A stretch of 64,000 nucleotides of DNA, from assembly GCF_009914755.1 (NCBI RefSeq), contig NC_060935.1; one strand, written 5' to 3'. The position numbers were made by a program, and so were the translations under genes. Shown in pieces: positions 1-50,649 of this stretch. The notes under the pieces were generated by a model, which was not told the DNA's origin, did no database searches, and saw only the letters and a list, made by a program, of their open reading frames with translations. Every line of letters begins with the position of its first letter. The stretch's first letter is position 1. This DNA is from the human T2T-CHM13v2.0 reference genome, Homo sapiens.

Positions 1-346
1 GATAGTTTTAGGTTTGTATACACAGCCATTATTTTTATTGATGTTTTGCCTCCTGCTTAACATCTTCCAGGCACCACACATGATCCAACTCATGTACCTA
101 GTATTTCTAAAATGGCTGAACTTCTTATGTGACCAGTTTTAGAGAGACTAGGTTTGAGAGCCTATCCAGTCAGGACTGTTCCAAACTGCATCTAGGACAA
201 ACTGAAAGCACTTTTGTTCACATTGCCTTCCTTTTAGCCCAGCCGAATGCCCTGCAGAGCACACATCTGTCAGGTAACACCTGGAACTCACATTATTTCC
301 TGTTTAGTGGGTGATGCAACCAGCTGTCCAATTCATGGTCTTTTAG

Positions 347-676
<330 letters not shown>

Positions 677-944
677 GTTCTTTTATATAATTAATAAGTT
701 AGTTAGATGTATACGCACACTCTTCCAAATATAGTGAGCTCCCAGAGGCTACACAGGTAGGTACACATGCACCTTTCTCTAAAAGCTAGCCCCTCCAGAA
801 AATTGGGCTTAAGCAAACCCATTTCTGTAACTAAAAAGTGGCAAAGGCCAAATGTGAACAAGGGTCCCCATGCTCTCCTCAATACCAAATTTTAATGTAA
901 TCAGCCTAAATTAAGTCTGAGCAACTAGTCAAGAAGGCAGGAGA

Positions 945-1095
945 CAGGATTAAGGACCTAACTTGGCTACTTACTAATTGTATGACATTAAACAATTTAC
1001 TGAGTCTTGTGAGTCTCATTTTCTTCACCTGAAAGATGAAGTATATGACTAGCTGCTCATCTCTAAAGGTTTTTCCAGCTTGGTCATTCCATGAC
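945..1095 (+). mobile_element. MIR fragment
   Basis: Degenerate MIR core (ACTTACTAATTGTATGAC...GTCTCATTTTCTTCACCTGAAAGATG). Confidence 0.6.
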
Positions 1096-1149
1096 TATTG
1101 GGCCTAGAGCCTGATACAGCATGGGAATCCCACCTTTTAAACTTTCAGT

Positions 1150-4560
<3,411 letters not shown>

Positions 4561-5092
4561 CACAGCTTGCATCATATTTTCCAAGGGATCTGTGAGCCAA
4601 AAAATACTTTAAGCCACTGCTTTAAGGTGTCCATTACAGGTCTTGCACAAGGGACAAACCACAACAGACTTCTATAACAAAAAGAAATTTTTCAGATGTT
4701 GCAAATCTCAGAGACAAAGAATGTGGAATAATGCAGTAGATTAACACATTTTTTCTGATTGGATATCATCATTTAGAAAGAAAGGAAAGGGGCTCAGTTA
4801 AAGCACTCTAGAAGCCCAGGGAATTTGATTCAAATGAAGCTTAATACCTTACTCCTCAAAACATTCTGAAGAGAGATTGGTTTTGTTTTGTTTTTTCAAT
4901 TTGTGATTTATGTCCCACCTATGTCAAAAAACAAGGTGGTATATAAGAAAAATCATACTAAAAAATTAAAGCAGGACAAAGAACACTAAAAGCAAAAAAA
5001 ATAGATGTGCTTAAACGCCTGTGGCATAACTTTCTTATAAATTGCAAAAAATGATAGTTTGCTTGCAATGTATGATATTTAAAAATAATTCG

Positions 5093-6886
<1,794 letters not shown>

Positions 6887-6949
6887 AGAATTTTTAATAT
6901 CCAATTATAATTTTACAAATGCAGGGGTCTTTTAAGAGGACATGAGCTT

Positions 6950-7250
6950 TTTCTAACATTTTATCATAAAAAGTACAATGAACTGCCATGTATCTATCAC
7001 CTAGCTTTAGCAATTATCAATGCATGGCTAATCTTGCTTTACTTGTATATCCTCATGCCAGATTATTTTAAAGCAAATCCAAACATATCATTTTATTTAT
7101 AATATTTCAGCATGTCTCTCTAAAAGACAGTATCTCTTTTTTAACATAACCTCAATACTATTATTATACCTAGAAAAATTTGACCAAAAAAATCCTAATG
7201 CCAAAAATCTAGTCAGTGTTCAAATTTCTTTAGTTTATTCATAAATGTTT
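6950..7250 (-). mobile_element. Old L1M (L1MC/ME) 3' end fragment
   Basis: GATTATTTTAAAGCAAATCC...CATATCATTT...AATATTTCAGCATGTCTCTCTAAAAGA, typical of reverse L1MC/ME 3' ends. Confidence 0.6.
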
Positions 7251-7428
7251 GAAACCTTTTGGATCACTAAGTAGACTTAAAATACTGTATAATGGCCTGT
7301 AATAGTAAAAGAAAAATTTAATGTTTCCAGGAACTTTTTTATATGAAGTTGCTTAAGAGCATTAGAAGAAAAAAAGGCAATTTTTCCCTATAAATACACC
7401 ACAGAAAAATTAGAGGAACTTCAGGTCT

Positions 7429-7498
7429 GACATAAGATCAGAGAATAGGGATGAATAGAGCCAGACATAAGATCAGAGAATGCAGATGAATAGAACCA
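7429..7498. repeat. 35-bp tandem duplication (2 copies, 31/35 identical)
   Basis: GACATAAGATCAGAGAATAGGGATGAATAGAGCCA / GACATAAGATCAGAGAATGCAGATGAATAGAACCA. Confidence 0.9.
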
Positions 7499-7499
7499 G

Positions 7500-7605
7500 A
7501 TACGATTTTCAAAATATTTAACAATCTGGGCAGTGTGAGCACCAACCAATCAGAACAAACACTAGCCATACACATATGGCATATAGGCTAGATATCAACC
7601 CTGGA
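7500..7605. mobile_element. Possible ancient hAT-type DNA transposon relic (OldhAT1-like)
   Basis: GATTTTCAAAATATTTAACAA...CACCAACCAATCAGAAC...ATATCAACCCTG resembles a recalled consensus. Confidence 0.35.
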
Positions 7606-7938
7606 TACAGCCTTGACTGAGGAAAAGCAAAGAGGCCTCAAGAACGTGCTTTCCATGCTGAAATTCAACGCTGCCTGCAGTGGAGCAATAAGCTGCAACT
7701 ACATCAGTTAGAAGCAAAGTTGCCACAAGCTCTTGCTATAGCCTACCTTCTACCAGACATAGCTATTAACTGCTAAATCACTATAGCTGTAACTGATCAT
7801 CCCTGCATCTATCATTTGAACTAGTCAAAGAAAGAATCCTTTTTGAAGCAATTAGCATGGTAAAGTAGAAAGAGTTCTTGATTGTAGAATGATCTAGAAT
7901 ACAAGCTGCTTGTCTCTGAAAGTTAAAACTGTAATAGC

Positions 7939-12047
<4,109 letters not shown>

Positions 12048-12489
12048 GCAAGCACAGAGTGATATTTTCTCCACTCAATCACCATGGGACTTATAAAGAC
12101 CTTATCTACCCCACATTGAGCCGTTTTGCTACATTATTACATTACGATCACTCAAACAACTAATCCATCACTTTTCTATTGAGTTCCAACTATCTATACA
12201 ACTCCATGTTAAGTGCTATGGAAACATACAAATTTATAATTAAAAACCAGTAACTCCTGGAACGCATGAGCACATTTTAGTAAATGTGTACCTCCTTCTC
12301 TAGGCAAAGGAGTCCCCTCAAATCTGAAAGGGCATCTCATCCAGATGAAGCTGGGAAGGTAGTGCAGTATATTCTGTGTTACATACACTATAGTGGAAGG
12401 CACAGGACTTTAAAGACAGGAAAATTTAGAACTCAAATATTAGTTCCATGTTTTGTTTAATTTCTTCTAGGTAACTTGTCCAAGGTCTC

Positions 12490-14170
<1,681 letters not shown>

Positions 14171-14173
14171 TGG

Positions 14174-15470
<1,297 letters not shown>

Positions 15471-15489
15471 AGAAACACTAAGGGCATCT

Positions 15490-15955
15490 TTTCCATAAAT
15501 CTCAATTTCTTCATCTATAACATGAGGAGAACAATACCTAAGCCAGGCACAGTGGCTCACATCTGTAATCCCAGAATTTTGGGAGGCCAAGGCGGGTAGA
15601 TCACCTGAGCCTAGGAGTTCAAGACTAGCCCAGACAACATAGGGAGACCGGTCTCTACAAAGAAATAGAAAAATTAGGCATGGTGGCACACATTTGTAGT
15701 CCCAGCTGCTAGGGAGGCTGAGATGGGAAGATCACTTAAGCCTGGAGGTCTAGACTGCAGTGAGCAGTTAGCGTGCACTCTAGCCTGGGTGACAGAGCAA
15801 GACCCTCTGTCAAAAACAAAACAAACAAACAAAAAAAACCCAAAAAACTACCTACCTCATCAGCCTATTGAGAGGAATGAATGAGTTAACATATGTAAAG
15901 CATATGGGACACATTTGTATTGAGCATAAGAGGTACTCAACAAATATTAGCTCCT
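15490..15955 (+). mobile_element. MIR interrupted by an AluJ (15541-15845)
   Basis: CTCAATTTCTTCATCTATAA...ACCTA[Alu]CCTACCTCAT...ATATGTAAAGCA...TACTCAACAAATATTAGCT. Confidence 0.7.
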
Positions 15956-16263
15956 TTCTTTCCAAAAGGTCTGTCATACATGCAAGAGTTATCTCAAAAT
16001 CTTTAGCCATGAAAACAGGACACATAAATGTGCTAGAAGTTACCAAATGTTTCCTAACATGCAAACCTCTACTGCACTAAAGTGGCAACACATATCTGTT
16101 TCACAGAATGTATACCACGGCAGAGCCCACAGCAGCAAACGTGGCTATACTAAGAACACTGACAAGTCCGCAAATTCAGATTTCAAACCACAACTTATAA
16201 GGGACCACCCAGCAGCCTCTTCTTCCCCATAGCACATAAGCAGATTTAAGACTCTGGGAGCCA

Positions 16264-16596
<333 letters not shown>

Positions 16597-16949
16597 TTAC
16601 CCTCAGTAACATAAGAGAAAGTTTCCTTTACTTTTAAGAACTTTTATAGTAATAAATTCTCTCTCTTTTTTTTTAACAGAGTTTCCTAACCACTAAAATT
16701 TTACCAACTGGTACTATATCAAAGCACAAAGACTAGCATTTGTTTTATCAAATCTGCATTAAAAGCACTGTATTGGTCATATCAAAGCCTTTTTGTACTT
16801 CAGGCCCAGCTGTGACAGCAATGGTAATGTTTCTCTTTCACTTGCAGAATGCTGAAAAACGGCCAAGAAAAAAAAATGGGGAAGCTTTTTTTCAGGCAGT
16901 ACAGAGTAGTGTTAACAGCAGACTGTTTAAGAAAATTAATTAGCCCTAG

Positions 16950-17920
16950 GACTGTAGATCTAAATATGAAAGGTAAAAAAATAAAGCCTTTAGAAGAAAA
17001 CACAGAACATCTTCATGATCCTGCAATAACAAAGATATAAAATGCACTAAACATTAAGAGAGAAAAACGTATAAATTGTACATTACAATTTAAAACTTCT
17101 GTTCCTTGAAAGTCGCCATTAAAAGAATGAAAACGCACAGATTACAAGAATATATTTGCACTATATATATATGAAATGAACAAAAAAGACATATCTAGAA
17201 CATATAAAGAACTGCATTAAATCAATAAAGAAAAAAAGATCACTCAAAGAAAAACAGCAAAAGCCCTGAATAGATACTTCAAAAAAGACATATAAATGCC
17301 TAATAAACTTTTGAGAGGTGCTCAACTTCATTAGTCATCCAGAAAATTCAAATTTAAATAATACAATACTATTATATAACCACCAGAATAGCTAAAATGA
17401 AAAGAAAATGCCAAGAGTTGGTAAGGATAGGGAGTAACCTACACTGTCGTGCACTGCAAGTGGGAATGTAAACTGGTACAATCACTATGGAAAACTGTCT
17501 GGCAGCACCTACTAAAGCTGAACATGCGTATACCTATGACCCAGCAATTCCACTCCTGAGCATATACCCAACAGACCAAAAGCCATGTTCACGAAAAGGC
17601 ACATACAGGAATGTTCATAACATGTCACTATTGTAATACTCAAAAACTACAAACTACCCATGAGCCTATCAACTGCAGAATTAACAGATAAGGTGTGGTA
17701 AAGTCACACAATGGCAAACTCTACAGCAGTGAGAACGACCAACCTAAAACTATACACAATATGAATGAACCTCTCAAATATATTGTACAAAAGAATCCAA
17801 ACACAAGAGTTCACCATATATAATTACATTTATATAAAGTACAAAGACATGAAAAACTATGCTGTTAGAAGTCAAAATACTGGTTACCTGTGGTGAGTGG
17901 GAAGGCAAATAGTGACTGAA
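16950..17920 (+). mobile_element. L1M (L1MB/MC) ORF2-end/3' UTR remnant
   Basis: GCTCAACTTCATTAGTCATCCAGAAAAT, GGGAATGTAAACTGGTACAATCACTATGGAAAAC, CTATGACCCAGCAATTCCACTCCT. Confidence 0.85.
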
Positions 17921-17984
17921 GTAGACTACTTCTTGCTCACATCCTAAGAAATTCAAGACAGCCAGTCGCAGGGGCTCACGCCTA

Positions 17985-18263
<279 letters not shown>

Positions 18264-18286
18264 TCAAGACCCACCCTTTAGACCCT

Positions 18287-18737
18287 CTGGAGTGGGTTGA
18301 ATGGTGGCCCCAAAAAAGGTATGTCCACATCCTAATCTCCAGAAGCTATGAATGTTATCTTACTTGGAAAAAGGATCTTACAGATGTAGTCAAAAATATT
18401 GAGATGAGATCATCCTGGAGTAGTTGAGTGTACCCAAAATACCATGATAGGTATCCCTAAAATAATAGACACAGAGGAAAAGATACACATGAAGGTGAAG
18501 GCAATGAGAAGACAGAAGCAGCGATTAGGGTGGTGTAGTCAGAAACCAAAGCATAATGCCAACAGTCACCAGAAGCTCAAGGAATTATTCTCCCCAAGAG
18601 CCTCTGAGGGGGTGTGCCCTGCTGACACCCTGATTTTGGATTTCTGTCCTCCAAAACTGTGAGAAAATAAATTATTGTTGTTTTAAGCCACCCAGTTTGT
18701 GGTAATTTGTTGCCACAGCCACAGTAAACTAATATAG
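18287..18737 (+). mobile_element. MLT1C-type MaLR solo LTR (flanked by Alus 17960-18260 and 18738-19033)
   Basis: GTGGGTTGAATGGTGGCCCC...TATGTCCACATCCTAATC; end TTTAAGCCACCCAGTTTGTGGTAATTTGTT...AACTAATATA. Confidence 0.85.
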
Positions 18738-18799
18738 GCTGGGTGCAGTGGCTCAGGCCTGTAATCCCAGCACTTTGGGAGGCCGAGGTGGGTGGATCA

Positions 18800-19069
<270 letters not shown>

Positions 19070-19259
19070 TCACCCCAATTCTGTAGCAAACTCACCAGCT
19101 TTCCTAAGAAAGAGAGATTCAAAAGTGCCCAAACCTCAATCTTTCCCACCGATCCCCCCCCCAAAAAAATGAGCAAAAAGAGAAATTATAACCAGTATAC
19201 AGACAATTCACAATACCAATATAAAGAATGAGTAATTTTTTTTCAATCTACTTGACTAG

Positions 19260-25568
<6,309 letters not shown>

Positions 25569-26103
25569 AACTGAAGAACTGATCCTTTCCTGCCTTGTTT
25601 CAGTGTGCCTGCCCTTCTCTTCTCTAGCACTCAACATAGACCCTGATAGGGGTTATAGGTGTTGATTTTATTCCTGACAGGCAACTACCCATGACAGGAT
25701 CACAAAACCTCAAGTAGAAACAAAAAATGTGGCTGATAGATGTGGTATGAGGTATGTTAACAACCAGCTAATAATTCAACTTCTAAACGTAAGCAGTCCA
25801 AAATTTGGAAGTTCTTTCATGTGAATAGTTGTCTTGACAGAGACTCATCTTCCCTAGTAACTCTGTCTGTGTATGTGCATGTCTGTGTGTGATGTTTGTG
25901 TATTCTTCCCCTCATGTAATCCTCACAAGCTGATCCAAGTCCCCATAACTAGAAAGTGAGGAAGCCATAATTTGAAACCAGAACTGAAAGACTCTAAAGC
26001 CAAAGCTCTACAGTTATTCGGGTACTGAACTTAAAGCTACATCAGTCCTAAGAATTTGCAGTCATGTAGGTGCGTAACATTAAAACTCTTACAGTAGCCA
26101 AAA

Positions 26104-26284
26104 CTGTGGTTCTCAAACCTTAGTATGCATCAGGACAGTGGCTTGTTAACATACAGGTTTCTAGGCCCCATCCCCAGAGTTTATGATTCAGCGGGTAAAG
26201 GGTGGGGTTAAAATGTACATTTCTAAGAAGTTCTCAGGTGATGCTGATACTACTGGTCCAGAGACCAGACAACGAGAACCACTG
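26104..26284. mobile_element. MER5A hAT-Charlie MITE
   Basis: Terminal inverted repeats CTGTGGTTCTCAAA...GAGAACCACTG; internal CCCCATCCCCAGAGTT...CAGGTGATGCTGAT. Confidence 0.85.
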
Positions 26285-26289
26285 GCCTA

Positions 26290-27120
<831 letters not shown>

Positions 27121-27624
27121 GGAGGCAATAAAAAACAGAGAAAACTAACTTTGAGATCTTCTAGACAATCACTGATTGCAAGACACTCACTCTCAATTAT
27201 AAACATACCTTCGTTATATCATTTATCACAGTGCATTGTCATTATTGGCTTACACGCCTAACCCCTCAGAAGACTATGAGCCCCTTAAGGACAGTGACTG
27301 TCTCACTTACACATCTTTGCAAACAAGTGCCCCATCACTAAGTTGGTCTTTCAATAACACAAAAGTAGAAGACTTTAGAGACAGGGAGAACAGGCTTCCA
27401 ATTCTTGCTTTATAGTCTCGGGCATGTTATTCAAACTCTCTGCACTTTAGTTTCCTAATCTCCAACATGGGGATAATACCATCTAATACCTGGCATTGAA
27501 ATGTATTCAATAAAAAAACAACCATTAACTTAAATATCATCTATGAATAACAGGGATGGAATGTTACCAGCCTCATGTTTTTGGCCCCCTATGACCCACA
27601 GTGTACTAGTGAGCAGGATGGTCA

Positions 27625-28005
<381 letters not shown>

Positions 28006-28252
28006 CTAACTCAGTGACTTTGGCCTCATTAAATGCACCACACTCATAACTAACTGAGCTAAGTAGTTAACAGAGCTAGATGGGCAGACTGACAATCCTC
28101 CACAAAACACTAAACATTCTTCTAGTAGATAAAATTCAAAATGTACTACTTTTAATACGCAGGGGAAAGAATGTACTTCACACAGATGTTGTGAGAAAAT
28201 GGGGTGGGGTATATTAGATTAAATATTTAACAAAGAAAGGGATTACACACTA

Positions 28253-28983
<731 letters not shown>

Positions 28984-29067
28984 TATTTGGACATACAGAA
29001 CCTCAGAGTTCAGCAAAACTGGATGTTGGTTTAGCAGATGATACTCCTAAATTTCTATTGTATTTCT

Positions 29068-30789
<1,722 letters not shown>

Positions 30790-30874
30790 TAATTAATACA
30801 ACAAATATTCATTAAGCACCTACTACATAAAGTACGTTTTTCTACCAAAGTTAAGAAATTTGCCTACCTGACTC

Positions 30875-32261
<1,387 letters not shown>

Positions 32262-32403
32262 ACTCTGAGACAAAGGAGTTTATAATACAGCTCTATAATG
32301 TTTCCATTTTCATACTGACCTATGGCTTTTAAAATCAAGAAAAAAATAAAAAATGTTTTTATCAAATAAAAACTCTAAGAAAAACAAGGAGAGAGACACC
32401 TAG

Positions 32404-33617
32404 TGAAGAAAAAAAAAAACAAGCTCTAAAATATTTAAAGAGATTTATTTTGAATCAATATGAACGACCATGGCCCAGGGAACAGTCTCAACACGTTCTT
32501 GTGCCTGAGATGCTCATGTTACAGGTTGGTTTTGGTTTACAAATTTTGGATGAAGCCTCCAGGTAACCAAGAGTATAGATGGTAAATATCTCTTTTCAGA
32601 CCTTAAAAGGTATCCAACTCTTAGATAATCTGCTAGATCTGGGAAAGCCCTGTCTGTACTAATGGAGATTCTCTACAGACGCAAATTTCCCCCACAAAAG
32701 ACAGCTTTGCAGGGCCATTTTAAAACATCTCAAAGAAATACATTTTGGGGTAAAATACTTTTATTTCCTTCAGGGTCTGCTATGTGTCATATGATGCTAG
32801 ATAGAGTCAGGTTGGAATTTGGTTATCTTTGGGTTGTTTTGTTTTGTTTTTGAGACAGGATCTTGCTCTGTTGCCCAGGCTAGAGTGCAGTGGCTTGATC
32901 TCACTGCAACCTCTGCCTCCCAGGCTCAAGCAATCCTCCACATCAGGCCTCTCGAGTACCTGGTTCTACAGGTGGGTGACACCTCGCTTGGCTAATTTTT
33001 GTCTTTTTTGTAAAGACGGGGTTTCACCATGTTGCCTAGGCTGCTCTGGAACTCCTGGATTCAAGTGATCCACCTTCCTCAGTCTCCCAAAATGCTGGGA
33101 TTTCAGGCATGAGCCACAGCGCCCAGCTGGAATTTCGTATCTTATTGTCAGAGTTTCTTTTGTCAGTCTTATGATCTCCATTTTAACATTAATGGTGGTC
33201 ATGACTTAAAGGGAGGTTGGCCATGCCTCATTATACCCCTCTCCAAAAGAGAGAGAGAAGCTGAGGTAGGAGGATCCCTTGAGCCCAGGAGTTCAAGACC
33301 AGCCTGGGCAACATAGTGACACACTCACTATCTCTACAAAAAATTTAAAAATGAGACAGGTGTGGTGGCATGTGTCTGTGGTCGCAGCTACTCCAGAGGC
33401 TGAGTAGGAGGATGGCTTGAACCTGGGAGGTCTAGGCTGAACTGCGCTGTGATTGAGCCCCTGCATTCCAGCCTGGGCAAAAGAGAGGGGTATAATGAGG
33501 GATGGCCAACCTCCCTTTGAGTCATGACCTGGAATTTAGTTTTTCAGGTTTCTCTAGGGTCCCCTTGGGTGGGCATTCAATTGGCTGAGGGGCTTAGGAT
33601 TTTACTTTTGGTTTACA
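32404..33617 (-). mobile_element. MER4(D/E)-type solo LTR with two Alu insertions (32830-33128; 33258-33480)
   Basis: GCAAATTTCCCCCACAAAAGACAGCTTTGCAGGGCCATTT; TTTTGGGGTAAAATAC; end TTTTGGTTTACA. Confidence 0.82.
33197..33529. repeat. 47-bp inverted repeat pair (33197-33243 / 33483-33529; 45/47 identical)
   Basis: GGTCATGACTTAAAGGGAGGTTGGCCATGCCTCATTATACCCCTCTC versus GAGAGGGGTATAATGAGGGATGGCCAACCTCCCTTTGAGTCATGACC. Confidence 0.95.
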
Positions 33618-33801
33618 CATCTAACTTACCCAAAATAAAATATTTAGTTTTCTTCAACAATATTAACAATATATCCCAAAATTAGTAGCTATCTTCATAA
33701 CTAGGCTAAAACATTGTTAGAGGGCCATTGTTCTAAAACTACAAAAAGAAAGAATGAAAAAGGCATCAGAGATGATACACCTGAAAAAATAACCAAGTCC
33801 T

Positions 33802-39968
<6,167 letters not shown>

Positions 39969-39969
39969 C

Positions 39970-41760
<1,791 letters not shown>

Positions 41761-42311
41761 ATATGGACACACACATAAATGATAAAGCAAATGGGGCAAA
41801 ATGTTAACAATCGGTGAATCTGGTTAAGAGATATACTGGAGTTCTTTGTTCTATTCATGTCAATGCTTCTTTTTCTTTTTTCTGAGACCAAGTCACTCAG
41901 GCTGGAGTGCAGTGGCGCCATCTCGGCTCACTGCAACCTCTGCCTCCCATTTCAAGCGATTCTCCTGTGTCAGCCTCCTGAGTAGCTGGGATTATAGGCA
42001 CCCACCACCACGCCCGGCTAATTTTTGTATTTTTAGTAGAGACGGGGTTTCATCGTGTTGGCCAGGCTGGTCTCAAGTGATCCACCTGCCTCAGCCTCCC
42101 AAAGTGCTGGGATTATAGGCGTGAGCAACCATGTCTAGCCCTCAATGCTTCTTTAAATATGAAATTATAAAAAAAGATAAAGCAATAAAGCTACGGGCCT
42201 GGGAGGTCGAGGCTGCAGTGAGTCATGATTGTGCCACTGCACTCCAGCCTGGGCAACAGAGACAGACTCTGTCTCTTAAAAAAAAAAAAAAAAAGATATC
42301 CTTAATGATAA

Positions 42312-42936
<625 letters not shown>

Positions 42937-42960
42937 TACACACAGTACACACAGTATTCT

Positions 42961-43405
42961 TTCTTTTTCCTTTTTAAATTATACTTTAAGTTCTGGGGTA
43001 CATGTGCAGAACATACAGTTTTGTTACATAGGTATACACATGGCATGGCATGGTGGTTTGCTGCACCTGTCAACCAGTCACCTACATTAGGTATTTCTCC
43101 TAATGTTATCCCTCCCCTAGTCCCCCACCCCCCCAACAGGCCCCAGTGTGTGATGTTCCCCTCCCTACATCCATGTGTTCTCATTGTTCAACTCCCACTT
43201 ATGAGTGAGAACATGTGGTGTTCCGTTTTCTGTTCTTGTGATAGTTTGCTGAGAATGACGGTTTCCAGCTTCATCCATGTCCCTGCAAAGGACATGAACT
43301 CATCCTTTTTTATGGCTGCATAGTATTCCATGATGTGTATGTGCCATCTTCTTTATCCAGTCTCTTACTGATGGACATTTGAGTTGGTTCCAAGTCTTGC
43401 TATTG
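42961..43405 (-). mobile_element. 5'-truncated primate L1PA (PA6/7-like) 3' end
   Basis: TTATACTTTAAGTTCTGGGGTACATGTGCAGAAC...CATTAGGTATTTCTCCTAATG...GTGAGAACATG...ATGGCTGCATAGTATTCCATG; bounded by a TSD. Confidence 0.92.
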
Positions 43406-43807
43406 CACACACAGTATTCTTTCTTACCATGAAACAGAAACCTGGACTAGAAAAAAAACTACCATAACGTCTGTTCCTGCCCTGCCAGACAAATTTTTTG
43501 CTTGTTCCCCCCGCATCCACCACTCATCAAAGGTCTGCAAAGCATGCAAAATATCACTCAAGTAGCAGAAAAGAATGAAATGTGGCAAGGGAGACAAATA
43601 TTCTCCCACTTTCTCAGGGCCTCAGTTTCCTCATCTGTAAAATCAGAAGGTTATATAATTGCAAAGGGTGCTTTCATGTTAACATTCGATAATTTTGAAG
43701 TTCGAATTTCACTGCTCAATACAGTCAAGGAGGAGTATGATTTGACTAGTCCTCTAGCTTTCCTAGACAGTCACCTTTTTCTCTTTCTTAATTATTTTTA
43801 TTTTTTA

Positions 43808-46642
<2,835 letters not shown>

Positions 46643-47586
46643 GATTCCCTCTGGATAGTTCAGATTCCCCTACCAACCCACCAGAAATGAAATGAAGAGG
46701 GAAAAAAAATCCTTCCAACACTGCATACTCTAACAAAGGCCACCTATCGGAAATGTGGTCTCGGCATTCCACTACTGCAACCACATTTTTAAAAAAACAG
46801 AAAATACCCCTCTTTACACATTTTATACAACTCATCCCCCTTTCTTTATTATCCCAATAAACTTTCACAAGGATATAATTTTAGCTTGCCAAAAAGCCAG
46901 ATAATTAACACATATTCATTAAGACAGTAACATTTCTTTTTTAATGAAATGTTGAAAGACAGTTTTTAAACATTTTTGAAGGTCTACTTGATGAGATTAT
47001 TTTTATTTACATTCTTTTTTTATAGATGAGGACCCTGACAGGGTTATCTCTAACTTGCTCCCAATCACAAAGATAGTCAATAGGAGAGCAGGAATATTAC
47101 CCTAAACTCATGCTCTCGCTAACAGTTAACTTCCCAGCTTCATTCTTATGCTCTATCATTCGCAAAACATTCTATCTTCTCAAACCAAGTGTTCATACAA
47201 TTTGACACTCAAAAACACGCATAAAAAAAAGTTTATTCCACCACCTTAGTTTCTTTTACTGAGAAGAATTATGTTGTTTTTAATATTTCTCAACATGTTA
47301 GTGTTTTCTAAAGACCTCCAGCCAGGCCAATGAGATGCAGTTTAATGTCATGAGAAGAGCACTGGACCAAGCAATTAACTAGTGTATACAGGCCCCACTG
47401 TCCTTCCTGGGCCTCATTTTCCCCTCTGAGGTCCCTTCCAACACCAATACCCTGAACCGAATTCCAAAAATTACATCAAAGTCACAAACTTACTACATAT
47501 GAAAAAGATGAAAAACATCTGTACTATAAGAATTTGAAGACCTTAAAAGATAAACTTGAACAATTATTAGGTACTCATCAAAATAA

Positions 47587-48381
<795 letters not shown>

Positions 48382-48407
48382 TAATTTTTTTTTCATAAGA
48401 AACACTG

Positions 48408-48714
<307 letters not shown>

Positions 48715-49620
48715 AAGAAACACTGGACTTTTTCTGGTGCCCAAAAACAAAACTGTCTTGTCATCGTTGAAGCAGAGTAAGATTAGTCAACAGGATAATC
48801 ACTTTCGAAAGAGAAACTTTACAGTGACAGAAAAGTGAAAAGGAGTCCCCCTCATCAGGATGACACAACCTTAAAGTACAACCCGACAAACCTCCACCCA
48901 CTTGAAACCCACTAACTGGAAACTCCAGACAAAAACTTATTTTCAAAACTGTTACAATTCAAAGACTCCAATGACAGTGCAGTGGAAAATTCACGGGGAC
49001 TGTATAATTTTCACGGCCTTCTGCAGTGAGTGCCAAATCTGGTCAGGGCCCCATCTTTGACTCCCCTCATCACTTTCCCTTTCAAATATGACTTGAAACG
49101 CATCAGAACACACCAAGCCTCTCCAACTACAATGCTGCTACCCTTTTATTCACAAACGCCTCTGTCCTCATAAAGGACATAAATTACTTTTCAAAAAAGG
49201 CATGGCCCCGGGATACAAGCCCTTTCCAAGGCTAAGGGAGTTCCTACTCTTCTTGGTGCCGCCCAAGTTCACTTTATTACTTCATATCCCATCCAGACGC
49301 GCAGAGCTGCAATCTGACTCAGGGGGCCCAGCCCAGGGCTGGGGTATAACGGTTTTGAGGAACTAGTATCACAAGCTTCTTGGGAAGTGGCCAGATAAAC
49401 TCACCAAGTTTTTGTTTTCCTTTTTTTTAAGTCTGGGTGGAACTTACTTTCACTAGGACGTGGGACGCCTTCCCTCCCTAATGGGTGCCAGAGGACAAGC
49501 TTTCCTTTATTTTAAACGAAGTCACTCAACCTACACCAAACTGAGAACACACAACCCTCCCTCTTTCTGGTCGCCGAAGACGTGGCCACTGCGCAGCGGG
49601 CCGTAGGTTTGGACCCCTCA

Positions 49621-50235
<615 letters not shown>

Positions 50236-50649
50236 CTACCGCGCCTGCGCAGGCGCCGTCTGGGAGGGGGCGGGCTCCTGGGGGAAAGGATGACGTGATG
50301 CTCTTCGGACCCCGCCGGCCGCAGCTTTCCGGGAGGTCGCCGCAGCGCAGCCGGTGACTGCTTGGTCGCCCGCAACTGCCACTCCCCCGGGATTGAGACT
50401 CCTTTAGGGAGGGCTGAGGAGGTGCGAGAAGAGTGGGCGCAGCCTGCAGAGCCGGGCATTTGGCCCATGCTCTGCCCCCAACCACCCACCCAGCAAGCAG
50501 AGGTCCAGAGATCTTAGCGCGGCCTTGCCATGAGGATGGGGTCTCACGACTGAGCTCGGAAGCTCACCTAATCCTAGCTGCAGCGTGTCAGCCTAGACCC
50601 CAGACAGGGCCTTCTCCCTGTCCTCTCTTTTGGCAGGGGCGGATGAGCC

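Noticed and set aside
16828-16850. Strong + strand splice acceptor TTTCTCTTTCACTTGCAG
   Set aside because: Wrong strand for DENND5A, with no supporting exon partner or antisense gene evidence in the sequence.
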